The notes under the pieces are model-generated. The model worked only from the letters and a program-made list of their open reading frames with translations. It ran no database searches and was not told where the DNA came from. Shown piece after piece: positions 14,378-25,375 of a stretch of 64,000 bases of DNA. The stretch is from assembly GCA_050273025.1 (NCBI GenBank), contig CP158636.1:10664001-10728000 (forward strand). Direction: 5' to 3'. This DNA comes from Cenococcum geophilum. Lineage: Eukaryota. The position numbers and the translations under genes were made by a program. The stretch's first letter is position 1, and the number at the start of each line of letters is the position of its first letter.

Positions 14378-17300
14378 TGTTATAGTGCTGCAATGAAGTA
14401 GACTAAATAACTACGTTATAGTATGAAGAGGGGAAGAAGGTAGAAAGGGGGTATTGTATATAAATAGTAGGGCTAGCCGCTAAGTCGCTAGTAGTGGGCT
14501 AGCTAATAGTAGGAAATAGTACGAGATAGTATAAAACAGTATGCGTTAGGTCAGTGCCGTAACAGTACTCCTTTCCCCTAGATGGTTTAGTCCCTAAACT
14601 AAATAGATAACTTAAAAATAGGCAGTATATGGGGTTACCTATTTTTTACCGCAAAGATATTAGTTCCGCTTACCGCCCTTAACTAAGCTAATAGCGATTT
14701 TTTATACCGGGCATAGAAAATCCTAATTAGTTAGTTTAGTAAGTAAGGTTGGTAGAACTCTACACCGCCACCTAAATCGGTCTATATGGCGTTTCTTAGC
14801 AAGAATTTAGCTAATTAGATAACTTTAACCGCTAGTTAAAGTTTTATAACATCTTAACCACCACAAATTTTAATATAGTGGTTGGCCGCGACCTTAGCGT
14901 AACTTTTTCTTATCTTATGCCTAGTCTGGGGGTCCTAGCTTCTTAGGGTGTTACTTATAGAAACGCTATACAGCTTATTCGTAACCCTTTAGGTCTTCCT
15001 CTAGCTGCTAGGTTATATCCTTATAATATTTCCATTTAATCTTATAAGTTAGGCCCTAGGGGTCTTCGTTATATACATTAAGGATTTTTTTAAACTCCTA
15101 TTTGTCTTCTATATTGCCGTTATTATCTCTCTCTACTACTCGTCCTTATATATTACGGCGCTCTATGGTATTAATATTTGCTTAGCTAGGGATCTCTTTA
15201 GCAGCCTAAAGGCGGACCTTAGATATATAAAAGGATTTATTTACTTAGATGTGGTTTAGGAGGTCTACTATAACTACCTCTTAGTATACTATAAGTACGG
15301 GGTATAGGCCATCCTATTTATCGTCCCATTTCTTTTTAGGTTTATTTATCTTTATATTTTCTAAGCTAACTATAACTATATTACCTTCGTAGAATAACAC
15401 GCTCTTATCCCTACAGGTATTAGCATTATCTTTATAGCATTACTGTAAAATCTAGGCTAGGGCCTTAAGCTGTGTTAATATCCGCTTAAAGTGGTTAGCT
15501 ACAGAGTTTACGCGGAAGAACTCCTTCTTTACTTATACTAATAGTGTTAGTAGGTAGGGGCCAGTAGGCTCGATTCTAAGGTAAGGGTTAAAGCTATAAT
15601 TTATAAAAAAACGGGGAGATACCTATACTCTTATTAACTTAGTTATTTGTAGTAAACTTAGTAAGCGGCAGGTAGTTAACCTAGTTATCCTATATAAAGC
15701 TAATAAAAGTATAGAGATATTTATTTATAGCAGCGTTAATAATTTTGGTTTAGCCGTCCGTTTTTAGGTGCTAGGCTAAGCTTAGTTATAAGGTTATCTT
15801 AAGGCGTTTACTTAGTTGTCGCTAGAAGTTGCTAATAAATTATATACCGCGATCGGAGATAATTATACTTAGTGCACTGTAGAGCTTATATACATTGTTA
15901 ATAAAGCTATTAACTAGCTCCTTTATTAAGAGTCCTATTACTAAAATAAGGTGTTATATTTTAGTTAGGCGGTCTATAATAATAAGGATATATTTATATA
16001 CCTTACTATAGCGTTAGTATACCGGCAGCGTTATAATATAGTTAATTAAGATATCGGTTTACGGGCAAGCGGGTAATTTTAATAGCTTTAGGAAACTAGG
16101 CAGGGTAGAATAGGGGGTCTTAGTATAGAAGTATAGGGTATAGTCTTTAATAAAGGTAGCTATAAACTAGGAGATTTTTAGCTACTAGTATATTTGGTTT
16201 AAGAGGTTAAGAGTTTTAACCTAGCTAGGGTAACTAGCGGGGCTACTATTATAAGAGCAATAGGTAACTTTTAGGCGGAGGTCTAGGGCGTTAGGGATAA
16301 AGAGATATTGGCGGAAGTAGATCTGTTTATTAATGATACTATATTCTAACTTATTATAACGGAGTAATTTCCTGATCTTCTTTAGCTAATGGCGAGCTTT
16401 TTAATTACGTAGGGCTGCCACCATATCTCTTGCAAGTTCGTTCTCCTAGTATTTTAGCTAGATTAACTCGTCTAGTAACTTTTTAGCTATTTTAGGGTCT
16501 AGAGCGGCTATAAACTCTGCGTTATTAGAGTTATGGGACTTATATAGTAATTTTTCTAAGATTATAGGGTTAACTTTCTGGGGTGGTATAACGACTTAGG
16601 CTTAGTGGCAGAGGCATTTATTATTAGCGTCCTTAGGCCTTATTCCTAGTAGCCGGCTTAGGGCATTAGGGAGCGTAGCTTTGCTACTAGGTCTGTATAT
16701 AATTATAAAGTTAAACTATAAAAGGAACTCTGCCTACTAGACTTAGCGCTAGTTTAGCTGCTTAGTAGTTATAAATATTTATAGGTTCTTATGGTTGGTA
16801 ATAATTTTAAATAGCTTCTTAGTCCCTTATAGCTTAGGACACTATTCCTCTAAAGCCTTAATAATAGCTAAGAGTTCTTTATTATAGATCTTGTAGTTAT
16901 ACTCTAGCGTAAAGTACTTTATAGAGAAGAATACGACTAGTCTTAATTTTCCGTTATTGTTATACTGGGAAAGGACTCCGCTAGAAGCCTAATTCAATAC
17001 GTCTATCTCTACTACTATTTTCTTTGTATAGTTATAGTATGCTAGTACTAGTGCTAAAGTAAAGGCTCCCTTAAGGGCCTTAAACAATTTAGCTTATTCT
17101 AGTCCCTATAGCCATCCGATATCCTTCTTTAGGAGTTTTATTATAGGTATAGCGATAGTAGAGTAGCCTTAGATAAATTGTTAGTAGAAGTTCGCGAAGC
17201 TAAGAAATTATTATAGTTCTTTAATTAATATTAGGTCCTTCTATTCCTATAAGGCCTATACCTTCTTAGGGTTTATAGTTATACTATTAGTTAAGATAAT

Positions 17301-19893
17301 TAAGCTAAGGTATTTTGTTTTAGTAGAGTAGAACTTAGACTTATTAATATTAATCTGAAGTCTAGCATTGCCAAGTCTTTAGATAATTTTATTTATATAC
17401 TTAGTATGCTTAGCGCGTGTTTTAGAAAAGATAAGGACGTTATTAAGGTAGGCAGTACAATAGTCGTTAAGGGCGTTATATAGAATATAGTTAATATAGT
17501 TCTAGAATATAGTAGGTGCGTTATAGAGGCTAAATAATATAACTAGTATCTTATAGAGTCCGAACTGGGTAATAAATGCTATAAGCCACTTATAGCCCTT
17601 TATAATCTAGATCCGGTTAAACGCAGCAATTATATTAAGTTTAGTAAAGTACTTAGCACTATAAAGTACGTTAAGTGTCTCGCGGATTAGTAGCAGTAGG
17701 TATTAATTCTTAATAGTGACTGTGTTTAGGCCTTAGTAGTTATAGTAGATTCGCATACCGCCACCGGGCTTAGTAGCTAGTAAGGTCGATTCGCGGATAA
17801 AACCCTTATCCAGCATCTTATTAATCCACTTCTTTATACACCTAAGTTTAGCAGGTAAGAGTAGTCTATTTTTATAGTACGGGGCCTAGTTTCTAGGGGT
17901 AATCTTAATTTTAGAGTCCCATAGTTAGTAAAGGGGCAGCTTATCTACGTTTTTAGGGAGGAAGTGCTTAATATATTTACTAAACTCCTTTAGTAGGCGT
18001 TATAGAATATCTTCGCGGGTTAATCCTGGTTTGCCTTTTAGGAATTTTTTAATATTAGTGTTGACTATCTTCCAATATAAAAGCTTAGGTTTGGTTTTTA
18101 GATTTATCTTAAGGAAGTTATAGAAATAGGGGGGGAGTACTTTACGGGCTTCCTTTATTATATAGTCGCCTTCTACTAGCCGGCGGAAAGATCTTTCTAA
18201 TAGGTTTGGTACTTCTATTAGGCCTATAGGTAGCTCTTTAAGCAGCTATCGGTGCTTATCTTATTTAACTAGTTCTACTAGCTCCGCTATATAGATCCTT
18301 ATTACCTTTACGTCTTTTTATTTATAGAACTAGGTAAAATTAATAGTATAAGTGTATTTAATATCGTCTAGGTTAGGGCGTGTCTAGTTCTCCGGTGCTA
18401 CGGCTAGGCTAGTATAGCTTAGTCGGCCTAGGGGGGCGGAAACGAGGCGGCGGCCCTATATGGTACGCGCGGGAGATAGGTATAAGGTTAGGCGTTATAG
18501 TGGCGCGGTTTCTATTATCTGGGTCTTAGTAGTTCTATAGCTAGTCCTTACTATAACGCGAGCTATAGTGTGCGTATATAGTATATGGCTTAGTTCTAGG
18601 TATTAGGCTAGGTAGTTAGGGTTTAAATAATGCCTAGGTTAGGGTTAGATTCTTAGTAGTAGCAGCGTAAAGCGGACCTTTTTCCTTAGTCTTGGCGGGG
18701 CTAGCTAGCCTATCGTTTTAGTCTTAAGTACTAGGGTAGTCTAGTCTTCTACTATCTTGTTTCTTTATAGCTATATAGGCTCCCCTTTATTAGGAATGTC
18801 TTCTACTATTAAGGCTTTATATATAGTTCTAGGCACTAGGCTTAGTAGTGCTGAGTATCTATATAGGGCGTCCCTGCTAACGTTGGTTATCCCCTATAGG
18901 AGGTAGTGCCTAGAGTAGTAGTCTGAGTTAAAGCAGATCTTAAGTTTCCTAAAGTTAGGACAGGGCTTATGCTTCTAAAGCTAGGGTATACCTAGGATAA
19001 TTAGGGTAGTAGGCGAGAGTTTAGTAACGAAAAAGAGTATGGCTTTAGTATAGAGGCCAATTAACATTTAGGTGGTGAAGTAGTCCGTAATAAGCGAAGT
19101 TAGGATAATATCTATAAGGCGCAGTAGCCTAGGTGCTAGCAGCTTCTTAGTTATAACATTATACTTTCTTATAATAGACTTTGCGTTAGTAAATGCTATT
19201 ATAGTACTACTGGAGTCTACTAGGTTTACGGTAATAGTCTTTACCTAGGAGTTAATAGTTCCTATCTAGGAAGTAATAAGGGCACTAAGGTTTTTATTGG
19301 CTTTCTTATTGGCGGTGTTTATATTATACATACACTATAGTCCTACTTTAATGTTACTAAGGAACTTGTTAGTATAGTTAATAAGGGTAAAGTAAGCTTT
19401 GCTAGGCTTAAAGGTCTTAGGGTATAGTAGAGAGCGGCGGATTATCCACGCGATATTAGGGTATATCTCTATAAAGAGGTCTATAAAAACGTCGCGGGGG
19501 TTCTAGGTTTTGGCTATTTCGGCGTCATTAGTGTTACCTATTTAGGCGCTAGGTAAAAACTAAGGATCGTTTTAGGACTGTACTGGGGATATATTAGTTT
19601 TAGCAGGGGCGCGTATAGGTCGCAATTGCTCTAGGGTGGAGGTTAATTAGCTAGGGTATAGGGAATTAGTAATCGCGACGGGGCGTAAATTAAAGATACC
19701 ACAAACTGTTATAGTGCTGTAATAAAGTAGACTAAATAACTACGTTATAGTATAAAGAGGGGAAGAAGGTAGAAAGGGGGTATTATATATAAATAGTAGG
19801 GCCGGCCGCTAAGTCGCTAGTAGTGGGCTAGCTAATAGTAGGAAATAGTACGAGACAGTATAAAATAGTATACGTTAGGTCAGTGCCATAATA
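14378..19893 (-). mobile_element. Gypsy-2: LTR retrotransposon with pol (PR-RT-RH-IN-chromo) but apparently no gag
   Basis: 187-bp LTRs at 14378-14564 and 19707-19893. TSD TTTAG/TTTAA. PPT AGGGGAAAGGAG on the minus strand. Protease LVDS motif at ~19210-19222, only ~480 nt from the 5' LTR. Confidence 0.88.
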
Positions 19894-19921
19894 TTTAATA
19901 AGCTAGGCAAATTCTAAATAT

Positions 19922-20231
19922 ATAGCTTTAATTTAATTGCCCCTAGCAACCAAGCATATGGCTTTACTTTAATTACTATATATAGTTAGTGGCGGTTAGG
20001 TGAAATTAGATGCCTATACCAAATCTATAACTCGCTAAGGGGGGGGGTAAAGCTAGTCGTGTAATAGGCTATATAGCTCTATATATAACCAGCTTCCACC
20101 CCCCTTTAGTAAGATTTCAAATTCGCTACGCGTATCTAATCTCGCTTAGTTACTACTAACTATATATAATAACTATAGTGAGCGCCTATACTTAGCTATA
20201 AGAACCTTGCTTTTAAAGGACTTAAAGCTAT
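19922..20231. repeat. ~310-bp imperfect palindrome (foldback)
   Basis: Ends ATAGCTTTAA/TTAAAGCTAT. Internal pairs TATATAGTTAGT/ACTAACTATATA and a G-run/C-run. Centre GCTATATAGC at 20068-20077. Mismatches are largely transitions. Confidence 0.8.
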
Positions 20232-20239
20232 TCACGATT

Positions 20240-21343
20240 AGCTTTTCTCTAGTATTATAATCTTTGTTAAATACCGTAAGGTTTTTACCCATACTATATT
20301 CGTAATATAGCTCCGCGAATAGGCCTATATTAATACGCCCTAATTAAGGATCTTCTTTAACTTAGAGTAACCTAAGTAGAGTATACCCTCGTTACTAGTT
20401 ATACAGTTCGCTTAATTATATTAATTAAAAGGAACTTGCGGATATTTAGATTAACTTAGGTGCCTTTAAACAGTAAAGGTGGCCAGTTTATAATAAGCAA
20501 TTAGATAATTATAGTAGTATTAATACGGCTAGAGGAAAAGCTAACTCTCTTTAGTAATAAGATGGAGTAGTTAATCTATAATATATTTAACGTTATAGTA
20601 AGCCGCTATATAATATTTTAAGAGCTTTATTTAGCTAGCTAGATAAGAAAGCGGGTAAGCCAATTAGATCCTCTAGTTATATAGCTTAGAGAGTAGCTTA
20701 TATAAAGTAGTATTACTAGGTAGCCCTTAAGCGCAGCGCTTACAATCGCGATATATATTTCGCTATTATATTATAGTATACTGCCGATTAACTAGTATTT
20801 ATAGATAAATTAGGTATAGATTTAAAGACGGGCATACGGAAGACCGGCTAGGCTCCTTATAGTATTGCACTAGTTTCTTATACGCTATATAATTAGGGTA
20901 AGATAAGGCTTAATATACTACCTATATATATAATTAACGGTATACTAGTAGCTTTAGTATATAAAGGCTTAATAAATAGCGAAGGCTTTAAGTTCTGGGT
21001 GGCAAATACTCTTCTATTATAGTATAATCGCTTTCCTGCTAAGTAATTAGTAGTTATTATAGATAATACTAGCTTCTATTACTTAGAGAGGATATAGGCT
21101 CTCTTTAACGCCTTTAGTATTAAGCTTATATATTTACCTATATATTTACCTAATTTAAATCCAATTAAAGAGTTTTTTTAGAGAGCTAAAAGCTTTTATT
21201 TAGCGAGAGTGGTTCTCTTAAGCAGAGTACCCTAAAAGCTTTAACTATAGCTTTAAAGCCTTTCTTCTTTAGTATATAGATAAGGTTAGTAGTAAGAGCG
21301 AAAGCGTAAGAGGACATTTCTAATATAGTGGGTATAATTATTA
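20240..21343 (+). mobile_element. Tc1/IS630-type transposase relic, copy 2
   Basis: Same intron and the same DES, DNASFH and YSPDLNPIE relic motifs as copy 1. Uninterrupted at the site where Gypsy-1 sits in copy 1. The 5' boundary is approximate. Confidence 0.85.
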
Positions 21344-21555
21344 TGTGTAATAGAACCTTGTAGTAGGAACTATAATAGACTCGTTAATAGGCTAGGTATA
21401 TAGGAAATGTAAAGATAGTAGTCGATAATGTAATAATAACTAATAGAGTGGTTGCCTAATAGATTAACTCTAATTATATTTTAAAAATCACTATAAGAAA
21501 GGAACTATCTAGGTAGGGACTAAGGGTCCTTAAATACACAACTATACTCCTATAA

Positions 21556-24500
21556 TGTTACGGCACCGTTATAGACCCTAGTTAGGGGCTTACTTGGAGA
21601 CTTGGCGCCTATATATAGATATATTCTTTCCTTAACCTTCTCTACTTCTTAGCTTAGTATCTTTATAATATAGTATTCTACAAGCTTTAGTTTAGAGGCA
21701 TTTATACAAGCCGTAACATTATACTAAGCTTACCTACCTAGGGGGGACTTCATTCGTTTTAAAGCTCCCTCTTTACCTCGCCTAGAAAGGCCTTGATAAT
21801 CTCCTACTCCCATCCCGCGTATTCTTGCGGAGAACACGCGTTAAATACCCCTAGCTACGCGTTATTAACGCGTTAAGTCACTATTATTGAACTGGGAGCC
21901 GGTATTTAAGCAGCTAGAAGGTCTTTTATGGATAAGGACAACTGCCTAGGAAGGTAATAATATCTTACCCCCCTAACCTTTTTAACTAATACGAAGTTGT
22001 ATAAGCTATAGAGACAACCTTAGTTAAGACTTAGCCTAGTACTGCGGAGAATAATATAGTAATTCTGTTACTAAGCCTAGTACTAATCCCGCAGTATTAG
22101 CTAAGATAAGCCGAGATATAACCCGCGCCGTGCTATTAGGTAGTAGGTATATATTATCCGCAAAGTCCTCTAGTATATATTAGGTTCGGGCCAATAGCTA
22201 AAATAAGCTAACTTGTGACCCGCGCTGTGCTATTAGGCGGTAGATGTATATTGTCCGCGGAGTCCTTTAGAATAAATTCTACCTATTATCCTCTAGCTAC
22301 TACGCTATAATAACCACCTTAATTAATACTAAGCTGTATAAGGAGAGACAAAATCGATTAGGAAGGATCTAACGCTTATACCGTACTACTACCTTAACCT
22401 AAACCGACCGTATAATCGCGCTAATATGCCTATAATATAACTCTCTAACTTGTCTATAAACGCCCTATAGACACCTATTAAGTTCTTATTAATAACTACC
22501 GTACCTAATTAACCCGAACCTTACTATTGACCTAGGTAGTCTCTTAATCTTACGGCCGAATATATCTATAATATAATCCTATATATAAGGGTACTAGGAG
22601 CCCAGGGGAGAATTTAAGTAATTTATAGCACTCTTAATTAGGAGAACAGATTAGGAGATTTATTCCGATTTATAGCACTCTCTAATAGCTCTATAGATAA
22701 GCCTATTTATTAATATAACCTCTTATAAACTATTAACGCATTTCTTTTAATAGCTATTTATACAACCTTCTATAAATAAGATAGCCTACTATTATAAAAG
22801 TATATCTTACTAGTCATTAATAAGAATCGAAATATCGACACGTACCTTCTTAATACCTCTTTTAATACCTAAATCTAACAACAATAGCGCCGATACGCCT
22901 ACTATTATAACTTCGATAACAACCGTATAAGTTCGTTAACAATTAACTGCCTCCCTTATTAATTTAATCGTCTTCTTCACCTACAGTAATCCTTTTTAAC
23001 TAATACTAAGCTACGCATACTAAGGAACGACTATAGTTAATACTAAGTTATATAAGCTTTACCTTAGGCATTTATACACTTTAATAATAAGGTTAATACT
23101 AAACTATATAAGCTTTAATAACGAAATTAATTTAGACGAACTAGATAATAATTATGCCGTTACGCCTATAACCTAAATGCGATTCGCATACGACCTAAAT
23201 ACGATTCGCATGTAAACCTAACCAAATAATAGTGCTAATATGCCTGCTATTACCTAACGCTTATACTATACTGCTACCCCAAACCCTGAACCTAATAACC
23301 TGTCGTGCCGATATGCCTGCGACACCATAAACTAGACCACGGCTGTGCCGATACGCCTACAGTCCCACTAACTAAACGATCGCGCCGATACGCCTGCGAT
23401 ACGCCTGCGATTTAAATGCGGCCCGAACGTGGTTTAAATGCGGCCCGAACGTGGTTTAAATGCAAACCGACCAACCGATTGTGCCGTTATACCTATAATC
23501 TACCAACCGAACGATCGCGCTAATCTGCCTGCGATCTACTAACCAAATAATCGCGCTAATACGCCCGCGATCTACAAATAAGACAACGATCGTGCTGATA
23601 TGCCTATAATCTTAATTACCGTCGCGCTAATATACCTACAACCTATCGACCGACTAATAGACGAGCTCTGCGTTCAACCACTATTATCACCTAACGCTTG
23701 TACCGTACTGCTACCCGACTAACAAGCGCTGCATTAATACGCCTGCGCCTGAACCCGTTGCTAGTATTATACTACTGCCTAATTTAATAAGAGACTCGTG
23801 CCGATACGCATACGAGCCAATAAGATTCCGTGCTGATTTGCCTACGGAAAATGACCCTATCGCTAGCACCGTACTGCTAGAACTAGATAACGATAGCACT
23901 AATACACCTACTATTGCAATAGATCCTTACTACTCTGCCTATAGCTAACCAACCCTCGCTGCTTTATTAGCAGTTAACTAACCCTTACTGCTTTGCCTGC
24001 GGCTAATTAACTACTTACTACCCTGCCTGCAGCTAACTAACTTCTACTGCTTTGCCTATAGTAATAACTGTATATAAGGTAGAGCTTTACTCCCTAAAAT
24101 ATAGCCCGTCGCTAGCACTATACTATTATAATCCTAATAAGTCGCCGCGTTAATATACCTGCGAACCACTACTAATAAGACACCGTGCTAATATGCCTAC
24201 GGCCCAAATATAACTAGGTAGAGTTTTGCTCTCTAGAATATAACCCTATTACTAGCACTATACTGCTACTAAACGGACAAGAGCTTATACTAATATATAT
24301 GCGAGCTACAACTCCCTAACCCTCCCACCCTTATTAAAACTTTTTTTACCTACCTTTTTATAAGAGGGGGATTAGGGGGGCTTTTTTTTATAGCTCGGGG
24401 CGCGCTATAATAAAAGGGGGGATAGTAGAGCTAGGAGGTACCGGAGTTTTAAAGGAGGAACGACGACTAACAGAGGGCTCCTAGCAATATACCTCTCGCA

Positions 24501-24937
24501 GCAGTAGGAGCTGCAGGACGGCTACCTGCCCTATGTTAACTAGGTATAGCAATATACCCCTTATAGAAGCTATAAGACGGCTACTTACCCCATATTAGCC
24601 AGGTATAGTAATATACCCCCGTAGTAGTAGGAGCTATAGGACTGCTGCAAGTTCTAGGTTAACCGGCATCGCGATTAAGCGCCTAGATGCCAAATTTCTT
24701 TTTTTTTTCTCTTTCTTTTCTAATAAGGGGCTTATATAAAGCCTGAGGGCAGGCTTTCTTAAAGGAGGGGGTGATGTCACGGCACCGTTACAGACCCTAG
24801 TTAGGGGCTCGCTTAGAGACTTGGCGCCTATATATAGACGTGTTCTTTCCTTAACCTTCTCTACTCCTTAGCTTAGTATCTTCGTAATACAGCATTCTAC
24901 AAGCTTTAGTTTAGAGGCATTTATATAAGCCGTAATA
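21556..24937 (+). mobile_element. Non-autonomous LTR element (3.4 kb, no pol) with a repetitive internal region
   Basis: 163-bp LTRs at 21556-21718 and 24775-24937. TSD TATAA. PPT AAAGGAGGGGG before the 3' LTR. No RT, IN or PR motifs seen. Confidence 0.9.
22880..24300 (+). repeat. Degenerate tandem array inside the non-autonomous LTR element
   Basis: More than 12 copies of a CGCGCCGATACGCCTGCGAT-like core (reads RADTPAI) with variable linkers. Also ~29-bp repeats at ~23927-24070 and a duplicated TTTAAATGCGGCCCGAACGTGG at ~23411-23460. Confidence 0.85.
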
Positions 24938-24977
24938 TATAAAATCCTTTTTATACGTAATATACGTATTATATATA

Positions 24978-25375
24978 ACGTGTTGGATAAGCGAGTCGGA
25001 CACCTTAAACCCTACCAAAAATTAGAAAAATCGTACCTTAATATCTTAACAACCACTTAATAATAAATTCTAAAAATTTATATTTAGACTTTCATATATA
25101 CTTTAGAGCTTCTATTAAAGTTATATAGTAAATAGTTTAGTAGTTTTTAAGATAGAGCAATTTAGTATCAGTTTAGCCCCTAAATCGCTCTATCTTAAAA
25201 ACTACTAAACTATTTACTGTATAACTTTAATAGAAGCTCTAAAGTATATATGAAAGTCTAAATATAAATTTTTAGAATTTATTATTAAGTGGTTGTTAAG
25301 ATATTAAGGTACGATTTTTCTAATTTTTGGTGGTGTCCGACTCGCTTGTCCGTCCGACTCGCTTATCCAACACGT
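24978..25375. mobile_element. Palindromic MITE with pogo/Fot1-like termini
   Basis: TIR ACGTGTTGGATAAGCGAGTCGGAC, flanked by TA on both sides. Internal arms of ~150 bp are almost perfectly complementary around a short loop at ~25165-25180. Confidence 0.9.

Noticed and set aside
21346..21555. Possible solo LTR truncating Tc1 copy 2
   Set aside because: It begins with TGTAA, but I could not find a matching end, partner LTR or TSD.
22880..24300. CRISPR-like repeat/spacer array
   Set aside because: Eukaryotic context with no cas genes. Linkers vary widely in length and resemble each other, and the core reads as a peptide repeat.
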